A DNA stretch of 64,000 nucleotides, from assembly GCA_022451865.1 (NCBI GenBank), contig JAKUNM010000002.1:24748-88747 (forward strand). Direction: 5' to 3'. Below, piece after piece: positions 10,738-20,421 of the stretch (position 1 is the stretch's first letter; each line of letters opens with the position of its first letter). Source of the DNA: Dehalococcoidia bacterium. Its GTDB lineage: Bacteria > Chloroflexota > Dehalococcoidia > UBA2979. The notes under the pieces were generated by a model. That model was not told the DNA's origin. It ran no database searches and was given only the letters and a program-made list of their open reading frames with translations. The translations under genes were made by a program, and so were the position numbers.

Positions 10738-11007
10738 TCAAGTGTTTTTTGTATTAGAGCGTCTTTTTTTGTTGATCATTTTTTTGGCAAAAATTCGGTA
10801 AGTTCGAGCAATATAGAGTGCAATAATTACAATCAAACCTAATTGAAACCATTCCAATGCCGCAGTGGATAAATTGCTGGCTTCGAGGCCAATAAATGCC
10901 CCTATCGCACACCAAAATATTAGGGAGAAAGTAGAGTGTTGTCTTCCAATCTTGGGTAGTGAAGGCGGTGGTCTTCTGCCAGGATTAGTATTAATAATTT
11001 TGGGCAT
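10738..11007 (-). CDS. Small membrane protein with basic N- and C-terminal tails
   Basis: 89 aa with two hydrophobic helices between GRRPPPSLPKIGR and KKMINKKRRSNTKNT. It lies 6 nt downstream of the Cys-rich ORF on the same strand. Confidence 0.45.
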   Translation of the reverse strand: MPKIINTNPGRRPPPSLPKIGRQHSTFSLIFWCAIGAFIGLEASNLSTAALEWFQLGLIVIIALYIARTYRIFAKKMINKKRRSNTKNT

Positions 11008-11013
11008 TTGATT

Positions 11014-11391
11014 CTAAATTCTTCTGTATCGTCTATTTTTTTTAGTTTTTTTCTTTAATGGTGGCGATTTTTGTCCAGTAGTATTTATATTATCTGTCAG
11101 ATTAGTTTTTGGGAGATATTCACTTTCTTGAGATAGCTGTCCAAATATTGGAGGAGGGGATGTGGAAAAAGTTTCGTCTTCCGCGGCATTTAATTTTTCT
11201 ATACATGGTTCACACCAATACTCAATTCCCATGCTTGGACCAATAATTGCATCTCCACAATCACGAAATTCATCAGAATTATAAGGATTAAGGCAAAAGT
11301 AATTTGAACAAACAATGCACTGTTGCGCCAAAGAATTTTGTTCAACTAACGTAGAGCATACGTAGCATTTTCTCGTATTTGAATTAGTCAT
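11014..11391 (-). CDS. Cys-rich (8-Cys, two-zinc type) small protein with Pro-rich linker and basic tail
   Basis: Cysteine pattern CYVC-x12-CIVC-x4-C-x11-C-x14-CEPC, followed by SPPPIF and a terminal PPLKKKTKKNRRYRRI. It starts 6 nt after the cca stop. Confidence 0.55.
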   Translation of the reverse strand: MTNSNTRKCYVCSTLVEQNSLAQQCIVCSNYFCLNPYNSDEFRDCGDAIIGPSMGIEYWCEPCIEKLNAAEDETFSTSPPPIFGQLSQESEYLPKTNLTDNINTTGQKSPPLKKKTKKNRRYRRI

Positions 11392-11397
11392 GTAATT

Positions 11398-12636
11398 TCA
11401 CTTTTTACTAAGATAGTTCTTTATAAATAAGTATGATTGTCGTTTTGATTGAATTCTTTCAAAGAACTGTTCTTCACGAAGTGTTTGCAATATTTTACCT
11501 ATATCTGGCCCAGATGATATGCCCAAACTTAATAAATCTTCAGCATTTAAAAAAAGTTTTATTTGTTCAAATTTTTTAATTTTAGTTTGAATTAGAATTT
11601 GGTTATTTCTATCAAACCATTTCGCTATTTTTTTCGACGCATCACTTGTATGCGACAATTTTTCAATCTCTAATATGTCTATTCTTGAGTCTGATTGTAT
11701 CAATTTTCTAACATCTTCGAGTAATTGGAATGTGTTCTTAGGTGCATTAAGACGTTTTAGAATCGCATGTCCCCAGTCTAGTTTTAATGGCACCAGCATA
11801 ACTACAATTAAATGTTCGGCAGGTAAGGGATATGGTCTATATTTTAAGATGGCATACGTTTGCTCTGACAGTTTAAGTTGTGGATGGATTTTTTCAAGTA
11901 CGTTCCACTGTTCTAAAAGTAATAATATTTTTGCAGATTTACCTTTTTCAGCGATTATGGAGAATTCATTCCACAATCGTTTTCCTGATAAACGTTGTAT
12001 TGCATTTTTAAAATTATCGATTTCTTTTCTTGTATCGTTATCAGGAAGCAATTGCGAAAATATTGAGAGCCTTGCCGCACGAAAAATTCGGGTAGGATCA
12101 TCTTGAAAAGAAAGTGTGTGAAGTGTCTTGAAGTTACTCTCTTGAAGCGATAATACTCCTCCAAAATAATCGTGTAGCTCAAGATCTTGATTGTTATTTA
12201 AACATAGAGCCATTGCATTTACATTAAAGTCTCTTCGGTGTAGATCTTTTTGTAGTGTTACACCAGTCTTGACAGAAGGTAGACTTGCGGTTCGTCGATA
12301 AAATTCTTCCCGTGGTAATGCGAAATCGATTCGCGTGGTATCAGTAATAATCGATGCAGTACCAAACTTCTTTTCCCATTTTATTACTCCTCCAACAATT
12401 TCATTAACTGCATTTACAAGTTTGGAGATATTTTTTTCTACTATTAAATCAAGGTCTGTAATTTGATTTCTTAAGATTGTGTCACGCACAATTCCACCTA
12501 CTGCCCATAGAGTAATGCTTTGTTTATTAGCTATATCAAGCGTTATTTCGAGTAGTTGTAGATATTCCTCAGGAAGATTTGTACACAAATCTTGAATGTT
12601 AGGGTGAATAAGCACATTAACTTTTCTTGACACCAA
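11398..12636 (-). CDS. cca: tRNA nucleotidyltransferase (CCA-adding enzyme / poly(A) polymerase family)
   Basis: LWAVGGIVRDTILRNQITDLDLIV is the class II nucleotidyltransferase head motif. RRDFNVNAM is also present. Confidence 0.8.
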   Translation of the reverse strand: MVSRKVNVLIHPNIQDLCTNLPEEYLQLLEITLDIANKQSITLWAVGGIVRDTILRNQITDLDLIVEKNISKLVNAVNEIVGGVIKWEKKFGTASIITDTTRIDFALPREEFYRRTASLPSVKTGVTLQKDLHRRDFNVNAMALCLNNNQDLELHDYFGGVLSLQESNFKTLHTLSFQDDPTRIFRAARLSIFSQLLPDNDTRKEIDNFKNAIQRLSGKRLWNEFSIIAEKGKSAKILLLLEQWNVLEKIHPQLKLSEQTYAILKYRPYPLPAEHLIVVMLVPLKLDWGHAILKRLNAPKNTFQLLEDVRKLIQSDSRIDILEIEKLSHTSDASKKIAKWFDRNNQILIQTKIKKFEQIKLFLNAEDLLSLGISSGPDIGKILQTLREEQFFERIQSKRQSYLFIKNYLSKK

Positions 12637-12786
12637 TGCTTCTCGTTTCTAGGATAGCAACTGTGGGTTTATAAATTTTGGGCAGGCAATGAACCCATTA
12701 AGGTATTGGTTTGGCCGAAAAATGATTAGTAAAAGATAAAAGGTGTTTTTAAAGGCCATAAGGAACTCCTTTGTAAAGGCTTCAAT

Positions 12787-13542
12787 GTGTCTGCCAAGAT
12801 AGATGAATCACTGCAACTTGAACAGAGTTTATATGAAGAACTTGAAGCACGCTTAGGTATTAGTTTCGAGGATAAAACTTTGTTACATAGTGCACTTACC
12901 CATCCCTCATATGCAAATGAACACCCTGATGATCCAACTGAAGATAATGAACGATTAGAATTTTTAGGCGATTCAGTACTAGGTATGGTAATTGCAAGAT
13001 CTTTATATCGACGTTTCCCAGATGTTAATGAAGGTAGACTGACAGAATGGCGTTCACATTTAGTTTGTGGTCCTACATTGTCGAAAATTGCTATTCAAAT
13101 AAAACTAGGGGATTCCCTTCGCTTAGGCCGTGGCGAAGACAGGACAGGGGGACGAGTTCGAGAGGGTAATCTTGAGAGGGCATATGAAGCATTGGTCGGT
13201 GCACTTTATTTGGATCAAGGTCTTGAAGATGTCCATGCGTTTATTGAAAAAACTCTTATGCCTGAATTGGAATTACTTATTCAAGGTGAAACGTTGTTGA
13301 ATCCAAAGGGTGAACTTCAGGAATTAGTGATGGAAAGGATGAATATTCGTCCAGAATATGTTTTATCTAAAAAATCAGGCCCTGATAAAAACAATAGACA
13401 TGAATATATTGTAGAAGTTTTTATAAATGGAGAATTATTTGGTAGTGGTATCGGTTCTACAAAACAACAAGCAGAAAAACACGCTGCATCAAGTGCCCTT
13501 GAAATATTATATTCAAGATTGAATGAAAAGGATTCTAAGTAG
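12787..13542 (+). CDS. rnc: Ribonuclease III
   Basis: ALTHPSY and the catalytic signature NERLEFLGDSVLG are present, with a C-terminal dsRBD (KQQAEKHAASSALE). The start codon is GTG. Confidence 0.9.
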   Translation: MSAKIDESLQLEQSLYEELEARLGISFEDKTLLHSALTHPSYANEHPDDPTEDNERLEFLGDSVLGMVIARSLYRRFPDVNEGRLTEWRSHLVCGPTLSKIAIQIKLGDSLRLGRGEDRTGGRVREGNLERAYEALVGALYLDQGLEDVHAFIEKTLMPELELLIQGETLLNPKGELQELVMERMNIRPEYVLSKKSGPDKNNRHEYIVEVFINGELFGSGIGSTKQQAEKHAASSALEILYSRLNEKDSK

Positions 13543-16500
13543 TGTATCTTCGACGACTACAAGTTCATGGATTTAAAGCATTTGCTGATCGCCAAAAATT
13601 TGAATTTGGCAATGGAATGAGTGTCATTGTAGGTCCCAATGGGTCAGGTAAGTCAAACGTTGCTGATGCTATTAAGTGGGCTTTAGGTGCACAAGCTACA
13701 AAACAAATTCGAGCACGCAAAACTGAAGATGTTATTTTTTCTGGATCTGAAAAAAGACGACAAATGGGGATGGCTGAAGTTACTCTAACTTTAGACAATT
13801 CAGATGGATGGATGCCTATAGATTTTAGTGAAGTTTCTGTAACAAGAAGAGCGCATCGTTCGGGTGAAAGTGAGTATTTAATTAATGGTAGTCAGGTACG
13901 TTTGGGTGATGTCTTAGACTTGTTCCGTCGTGCTCAAGTTGGCCAAAATTCATATGCACATATGTCTCAAGGACTTGTTGATGAAGTTTTGGCTATGCGT
14001 CCAAATGAACGAAGAGAAATGATTGAAGAGGCTGCTGACTTAAAAAGACATCGGCAACAATTGGTTTTGTCAGAACGAAGGCTTGCCGAAACTAGAGATA
14101 ATTTGGGTCATGTACGGATGTTGATTCGCGAGGTTGAACCTCGATTGAAACAACTTGAAAGACAATCAAAAAAAGCTGAAAAATATCATTCACTCACATC
14201 TGAACTCTCTTCAGCACTGCAATTTGTGATTGAATATGACCTTAAAATTGCTAAAGAGAAGCAAATTGCATCTCAAGCGAGACATGATCAAAATTCACAA
14301 AACTTCCAAATGGTTCAATCTCGTTTAGAAAATATTGAAAAACAATTACTTGAAATTGAAAGCACTTTTAAAGAACGTACCGAGGCATTGGAACAGTTAC
14401 AAAATACTGATAGGGAGACTTCTGAAGAAGGTTTGCGATTGGAACAAGCAGTGGCATTAGGTGAACAACGGATGCAACTAATTCAAGAGCGAACTGAAGA
14501 ATTGACAGAAGCAATTTCTGCTAAAACATTTCAAAATTCATCAAGTCAGAATGATGATGAATTTATGGTTCAATTATCGTCAAGTGTTGAAAAAGCTCGT
14601 GGTGACTTAGAGATACGTAAGAAAGCAGTTGTTGATATTGATTCACTGACTCGAGACATTTTAGGCTCCTTAAGTGAAAATGAAGCACGGAGAGCTCGCC
14701 TGGAAGCCGAGCGTGAAGATATTGAGCGTCGTTTAGTTGAACAAGAATCTGGCCGGGAAGAACGTGAACGTATCAGAATGACAGAACAATTAAGGTTTGA
14801 AGAACTTTCTGAACAAGTTCGAACCTATAGAAATCGGTCCACTTTCAGAAAAGGTGCAAGAAAAACTCTAACTAATCGTATTCGTGAGGCAACACAAAAT
14901 TTAGTACTTTCTGAAAATACCTCCCAAAAATTGCAAGAAGATTATTTTGCGGTCGAAAAAGAATTAACAAGTGCAAAAAGTACTTTAGATGCTCTGAAAG
15001 AACGTGGTGAATTGTTGGAACGCCTCTTGCATACTATGTCATCAGAGAAAGGAGGATCTAAATCTCTCATAAGTGTAGCAAAAAATACTGATCACTCAGA
15101 CACAAATTTAGCTGGTATTGTTGATTTGTTATCCAGTCTGATTGACGTCCCTGAAGGTTTAGAAAATGCCATTGCAGGTGCCTTACAAGAACATCTTTCT
15201 TCCCTCGTAGTTGAATCTTCTGAAGATGCTTTTAATGCTATCGAATATCTAGAAAAAAATTCTCTAGGTTCAACTATTGTTTATCCTATAAAAGATTTAA
15301 AGCATATCTACCCACTCAATATTTTCAATGAAAAGGGTATTGTCGGTGTGGCTGCACGATTGGTGAGTACTGATTCATTATATAGACCGCTCGTTGATAC
15401 ATTATTGGGCAGGGTCATTATTGTCGAAGATTTACAGACAGCAAAGAAAATAGCTAGTCGTGGTCTTGGAACAGTCGTTACACGCAGTGGTGTTGTTATT
15501 AGCCAGAATGGTGGTATTTCTGGTGGTTCAGTAACTGCACATGTGGAACAATTCCAACTAAAAAGAGAATTAGAAACCCTGCCACAAAAAGAAAATACTA
15601 CTCTTGCTCAAATTAATGAGATTTCTGAAAGAGCACAAATTGCTGAAGAAAAAATAAGGGAGCATGGATTACTCCTTATAAATGCCCGGATGCAATTAAA
15701 AAATGTAGAAGATGGACTAAGGGCGTTTGAACAGGAAAAAGCTCGTGAGCGAAGAATCTGTAGTCAAATATTAGCCGAATTGAAAATGTTAAAGCTCTCA
15801 ATGGAAACACAGATTACTGCAGAAGACACTGCAGAGGAATTACAAACAAAGAAAAATGATATTCGTTCTGAGCTATCATTAGTATCTAATGAAATTAATG
15901 TACTAAGAGATCGTTCTACTGCAGTAACAGCACAGCGTGAAAATATGGTTTCACTTTTGGACGAAGCAACAAGGATCCTAGCTTTATCTGAAGCTGAATC
16001 AGCTGCTGAAATTGCTCGACGCAAAGAACGTGAAGAAGAATATCGAAGGTCGATTGATAGGTTAGAACAACAACAAAATCAATTATCCACTCTGTCGCGT
16101 GAACAACAAGATTTATCTTTGTCACTTCAAGATTATAAACAGCGTTTAGTTAATAACCAGTTGATTCGTCGCGAAAATAAAGAATCTATTGGTCCCGCAA
16201 GTGATTCACTAGCACAAGTTGAACGCTTAGAACGCGAATTGCGAACCAAAAAACAAGATGAACAACGTAACTTGATTGAGGCCGAACGTGATTTACTATC
16301 TAGTGAAAATGATTTGAATGAATCTGCGAAATCCGTTAGTGATTTATTGACACAAATTAACCTTGAAGGAATGGAACTTACATCTGAAGGTGTAGTTGTT
16401 ATGAAAACTTCAACTGAACTTGATCATGTTGATGAAATCGAATCTCCTAAGAATGAATCACAAAATGTCATGTTACCTATGTTACCTATAACTGGTGCCT

Positions 16501-17180
16501 CAGATACTGATGTAGAATCATTACGCACTCGTATTGCAGATTTGCGCATAGAAATTCGTAATCTCGGTCCAGTTAATTTAGAAGCACTTGAAGATTTGAG
16601 TGAAGAATCAGAACGTCACACCTACTTAAACAATCAAATTCAAGATTTAGAATTAGCTGAGAATGAGTTAAGAAGTGCTATTAAGGAATTACGTACTTTA
16701 ATAAAATCAAAGTTTTTAGAAACGTTTGAAATTGTGAATATTAGATTTGGTGAATATTTTCAAAGATTTTTCGGAGGTGGACAAGCCGAATTACGCGTGA
16801 CAAATATCGACGATGATATAGAAAATGAGCCTGGAGTAGATATTTTTGCTCAACCGCCTGGGAAGCGTATATCTAATCTCAATGTTCTTTCAGGTGGTGA
16901 ACGCTCGATGACATCTGTCGCTTTGCTCTTTGCGCTACTTTCAGTGAATCCCGCACCTATGGTAGTACTTGATGAAGTTGATGCAGCTTTAGATGAAGCG
17001 AATGTGGGGCGTTTTGTTGGAACGTTAAGAGAGTTAAAAGAAAAAACTCAATTCGTTGTGATTTCGCATAATCGTTCCACTATAGAGTCTGGTGATGCCA
17101 TATATGGTGTTTCCATGGGTAATGATTCTACTTCTCAAGTGTTATCTCTTAAAATCGATCAAATGTCTACAGTATTCTAA
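13542..17180 (+). CDS. smc: Chromosome segregation protein SMC
   Basis: 1212 aa. N-terminal LQVHGFKAF and Walker A GPNGSGKSN, long coiled coils, a hinge, the C-terminal signature LSGGERSMTSVA and Walker B VVLDEVDAALD. The GTG start overlaps the rnc TAG by 1 nt. Confidence 0.95.
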   Translation: MYLRRLQVHGFKAFADRQKFEFGNGMSVIVGPNGSGKSNVADAIKWALGAQATKQIRARKTEDVIFSGSEKRRQMGMAEVTLTLDNSDGWMPIDFSEVSVTRRAHRSGESEYLINGSQVRLGDVLDLFRRAQVGQNSYAHMSQGLVDEVLAMRPNERREMIEEAADLKRHRQQLVLSERRLAETRDNLGHVRMLIREVEPRLKQLERQSKKAEKYHSLTSELSSALQFVIEYDLKIAKEKQIASQARHDQNSQNFQMVQSRLENIEKQLLEIESTFKERTEALEQLQNTDRETSEEGLRLEQAVALGEQRMQLIQERTEELTEAISAKTFQNSSSQNDDEFMVQLSSSVEKARGDLEIRKKAVVDIDSLTRDILGSLSENEARRARLEAEREDIERRLVEQESGREERERIRMTEQLRFEELSEQVRTYRNRSTFRKGARKTLTNRIREATQNLVLSENTSQKLQEDYFAVEKELTSAKSTLDALKERGELLERLLHTMSSEKGGSKSLISVAKNTDHSDTNLAGIVDLLSSLIDVPEGLENAIAGALQEHLSSLVVESSEDAFNAIEYLEKNSLGSTIVYPIKDLKHIYPLNIFNEKGIVGVAARLVSTDSLYRPLVDTLLGRVIIVEDLQTAKKIASRGLGTVVTRSGVVISQNGGISGGSVTAHVEQFQLKRELETLPQKENTTLAQINEISERAQIAEEKIREHGLLLINARMQLKNVEDGLRAFEQEKARERRICSQILAELKMLKLSMETQITAEDTAEELQTKKNDIRSELSLVSNEINVLRDRSTAVTAQRENMVSLLDEATRILALSEAESAAEIARRKEREEEYRRSIDRLEQQQNQLSTLSREQQDLSLSLQDYKQRLVNNQLIRRENKESIGPASDSLAQVERLERELRTKKQDEQRNLIEAERDLLSSENDLNESAKSVSDLLTQINLEGMELTSEGVVVMKTSTELDHVDEIESPKNESQNVMLPMLPITGASDTDVESLRTRIADLRIEIRNLGPVNLEALEDLSEESERHTYLNNQIQDLELAENELRSAIKELRTLIKSKFLETFEIVNIRFGEYFQRFFGGGQAELRVTNIDDDIENEPGVDIFAQPPGKRISNLNVLSGGERSMTSVALLFALLSVNPAPMVVLDEVDAALDEANVGRFVGTLRELKEKTQFVVISHNRSTIESGDAIYGVSMGNDSTSQVLSLKIDQMSTVF

Positions 17181-17227
17181 TATTCATTTTCTATGAACTT
17201 TTCGATATTCTACACTGTGGAAGGTGA

Positions 17228-18175
17228 ATGTTGAAAATATTTCGAAGAAATAAAACTGACGATCGTGCTACGGATCAAGCTCTTTCATTAACGCGAAATT
17301 CTCTTTTATCTCGTTTAAATAATTTATTCATACGTGATTCGATTCCTAATGATTTTTGGGACTCGTTAGAAGAAATTCTCATAAGTGCTGACATTGGAGC
17401 TAATACTACTTTTGAAATAATTGAGAACATTCAATTAAAACAATTAGATACTCTTCACTTAATATATTCTGCACTGCGTGAAGAGTTGATTTCACGGTTA
17501 TTACTATTCAATTCTGAGAGTTCTGAAATGGATGATTTACCATATAAGCCATGGGTGATTTTAATTGTAGGCGTTAATGGAAGTGGGAAAACAACAGCCC
17601 TTGGTCGTTTAGCGTATAAATATCAGTTACAGGATAAAAAAGTAATTGCTGCAGCCGGAGATACTTTTCGCGCTGCTGCAATTGATCAATTACAGGATTG
17701 GGCTCGAGAACTTAATTTTGATGTAGTCGCACATCAACATGGTTCTGATCCTTCAGCAGTTGTTTTTGATGCATTAGACTCTGCTATTGCAAGAGAGCAT
17801 GATGTCATATTGATTGATACAGCAGGTAGATTGCAAAGTAGTAATAACCTGATGGCAGAATTGGCAAAATTACGTAACGTTGTGAAGCGAAAAATTGAAC
17901 GTGATCCCGATGAAGTTTTTCTGGTACTTGATGCTAGTACCGGTCAAAATGGATTTTCTCAAGCTCGTGCATTTACTGACGCTGTAGATGTTTCAGGTAT
18001 TATTCTTACAAAATTAGATGGTTCATCTCGTGGGGGTATAGTTTTTTCAATTGTAAAAGAATTTGGATTGCCAGTTAAGTTTGTTGGCGTAGGTCAAAAC
18101 GCTAAAGATTTGATCCCGTTTGATGCCGAAGTTTTTGTAGATGCCCTTTTGGGTGACATTAGTATAGATAACTAA
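17228..18175 (+). CDS. ftsY: Signal recognition particle receptor FtsY
   Basis: NG-domain motifs GVNGSGKTT, DTAGR and TKLDG are present. Confidence 0.95.
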   Translation: MLKIFRRNKTDDRATDQALSLTRNSLLSRLNNLFIRDSIPNDFWDSLEEILISADIGANTTFEIIENIQLKQLDTLHLIYSALREELISRLLLFNSESSEMDDLPYKPWVILIVGVNGSGKTTALGRLAYKYQLQDKKVIAAAGDTFRAAAIDQLQDWARELNFDVVAHQHGSDPSAVVFDALDSAIAREHDVILIDTAGRLQSSNNLMAELAKLRNVVKRKIERDPDEVFLVLDASTGQNGFSQARAFTDAVDVSGIILTKLDGSSRGGIVFSIVKEFGLPVKFVGVGQNAKDLIPFDAEVFVDALLGDISIDN

Positions 18176-20421
18176 TGTTTGAAATAGTTCGTTGGTATCT
18201 AGCTACATTTCTTATAGGTTGCTTAGGTTTTCCAATCTCATATTTTTTGTTTAGTTCAATGCGCACTATTGGAATTTTCTATGCGAAGTCTATCGGATGG
18301 AGTTTTCTGGCTTTGATCGTTTGGTGGTTTGGCTGGTCGAGGCTATTCGATTATGGAGATAATTTATTATGGATAATAATTAGCATTTGTTTTTTTGCGA
18401 ATATATTTTTTTACTTCACTAATCGTGAGTTATTTTCAAAAATTATCTCTAAATGGAAATTGATTCTAGTCAGTGAAATAGTTTTTTTAGTAATTTTTTC
18501 GTTGCTTACTCTTGTTCGAATTCAAGTTCCTAATGCAGAAAATACTGAAAAACCAATGGACTTAATGATATTGATGGCAGTGAACCGAGCAGATTCTTTC
18601 CCTCCATTAGATCCTTGGCTATCCGGAGAAGAACTATCTTATTACCATTTAGGTCATCTAGGAGTAGATATTGTTAGTCGTATTTCGATCAACCAACCTG
18701 AGATAGCATTTAACCTTGGCCTTGCAATGGTTGGTGCAATGGCAGGTGTAGCTATTTTAGGACTATCTTTAGATATTTTTAATCTCAATAAGATTAGTCG
18801 TTTCCGTTCACAAATTTTTGTAGGTTTTTCAGCGGTCATGGGTCTGTTATGGCTTGCTCCACTTGCTGGATTTTATAACTTAATTGACACATTGCTTACC
18901 ATTTATAAGGAAGGTGGAACACTGTTTAAAGAATGGTGGTGGTGGTGGTATGCTACTCGTATTTTGGACGGGCCGATAGTTGAATTTCCAGCCTTTTCTT
19001 TATTACTTGGTGATCTTCACGCACATGTTCTGGCACTTCCATTATCGATAGTAGCTATTGCGATAATAGTAAAGAGCTATGTTTATGAATCGAAATTAGA
19101 CTTTAAATGTTGGCTAAAGTCTCCGTTCAAATTAATTGCGGTTGCTATGATTTTCGCTGCATTATTTTGTATCAATAGTTGGGACGTTCTGTCATATGGT
19201 TTCATCTGGTTCGGGGTCGCTATTTTTGTCAACATGCGTAATAAAAATCAATTTTTTGTAGCTTTATCGACTACCTGTGGATATTTGACATTACCAATAT
19301 GCGTCGCATTGATTTTTGCAGCACCTTTTATAATAAATCTTGAATCACCTTCTATTGCTTTAGGTATGGTCACTAATGAAACAACAGGTCTAAAAAATCT
19401 ATTGTTGATCTGGTTGATTCCTGTTTTGCCTGTTTTGATTTTACTTTCTACCACTCGATTATCAGTCAATTATCGCGTGATGGGTTTCGTTATCGCAATT
19501 GCAGTACCTGTGACCATTATTTTTATCTTAATTCAGATGATAACTGGCAATTCAAAAGTAATTTTCGATAGGGGAAGTGGATGGTTATCGCTTGTAGTAA
19601 TTACGATAATTATTGCTATTGCTTTACAGCAAGCTTTGTATCATGACAATAAAAATAACAAAGCTTTAGGGTTTAGCTTATTGTTGGTTGCGTTAGCGTT
19701 TTTGATTATTTTCTTAACTGAATTATTTAACATTGTTACAGGAACACCAGGTAGATTTAATACGGTATTTAAGATCTGGTATCACGTGTGGACACTTTTG
19801 GCTGTGGCTAGCTCAATTTCGATAGGAATGATTGTGAATAAGCTACCTAATTCAATCAATTATTCTAATGACATATTTACTAGTAAAAATATAAAATACT
19901 TTCTTCCCATTTTATATATTTGTTTCCTGATATATGGAATTTCATATATGTATTCTCCTATGATGGCATTAAGCCGTGCTCACGAAAATCAGGAAGCGAA
20001 TATAGATGCTGTAGTTTACCTTAAGGCCAGTGATCCAGGTTTGTATGGTGCGATTAGTTATGCTAAAGAAAAATTATCTCCTGAAGAACATATATTATTA
20101 CAAGCAATTACACATGCTTACGGTAAAGGTGGTTATCTTGCTGCTGCCAGTGGTATCCCAACAATTTTGAATTGGCCCGGCCATCAAATTCAATGGCGTG
20201 GTCTCGAACTCTCTTTAGATGATCGTGTTGCTGCAGTCGATCAAATATATAGGTCAGGATCAAGTAATTTGGGGTTAGAAAATGCTAAAAAATATCACGT
20301 GACACATATATATATTGGACGTGAAGAAAAAAGTTTATTTGGTTGGGACGTAGTGGATCGATTTAAGGATTGGGACATTGCTTGGGAACAAGATAACTCT
20401 GTAATTATCAAGGTCCCGTGA
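18175..20421 (+). CDS. Large polytopic membrane protein, DUF2298 / Chloroflexi-archaea 'YYY' family (GT-C-like)
   Basis: 748 aa with about 20 hydrophobic segments. It has the signature-like segment PWLSGEELSYYHLGH and a soluble C-terminal domain. The ATG overlaps the ftsY TAA (TAATG). Confidence 0.7.
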   Translation: MFEIVRWYLATFLIGCLGFPISYFLFSSMRTIGIFYAKSIGWSFLALIVWWFGWSRLFDYGDNLLWIIISICFFANIFFYFTNRELFSKIISKWKLILVSEIVFLVIFSLLTLVRIQVPNAENTEKPMDLMILMAVNRADSFPPLDPWLSGEELSYYHLGHLGVDIVSRISINQPEIAFNLGLAMVGAMAGVAILGLSLDIFNLNKISRFRSQIFVGFSAVMGLLWLAPLAGFYNLIDTLLTIYKEGGTLFKEWWWWWYATRILDGPIVEFPAFSLLLGDLHAHVLALPLSIVAIAIIVKSYVYESKLDFKCWLKSPFKLIAVAMIFAALFCINSWDVLSYGFIWFGVAIFVNMRNKNQFFVALSTTCGYLTLPICVALIFAAPFIINLESPSIALGMVTNETTGLKNLLLIWLIPVLPVLILLSTTRLSVNYRVMGFVIAIAVPVTIIFILIQMITGNSKVIFDRGSGWLSLVVITIIIAIALQQALYHDNKNNKALGFSLLLVALAFLIIFLTELFNIVTGTPGRFNTVFKIWYHVWTLLAVASSISIGMIVNKLPNSINYSNDIFTSKNIKYFLPILYICFLIYGISYMYSPMMALSRAHENQEANIDAVVYLKASDPGLYGAISYAKEKLSPEEHILLQAITHAYGKGGYLAAASGIPTILNWPGHQIQWRGLELSLDDRVAAVDQIYRSGSSNLGLENAKKYHVTHIYIGREEKSLFGWDVVDRFKDWDIAWEQDNSVIIKVP

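Noticed and set aside
18934-18948. TGG repeated five times
   Set aside because: It encodes WWWWW (KEWWWWWYATR) inside the YYY membrane protein. It is a codon run in a coding region, not a repeat element. It is curious but explained.
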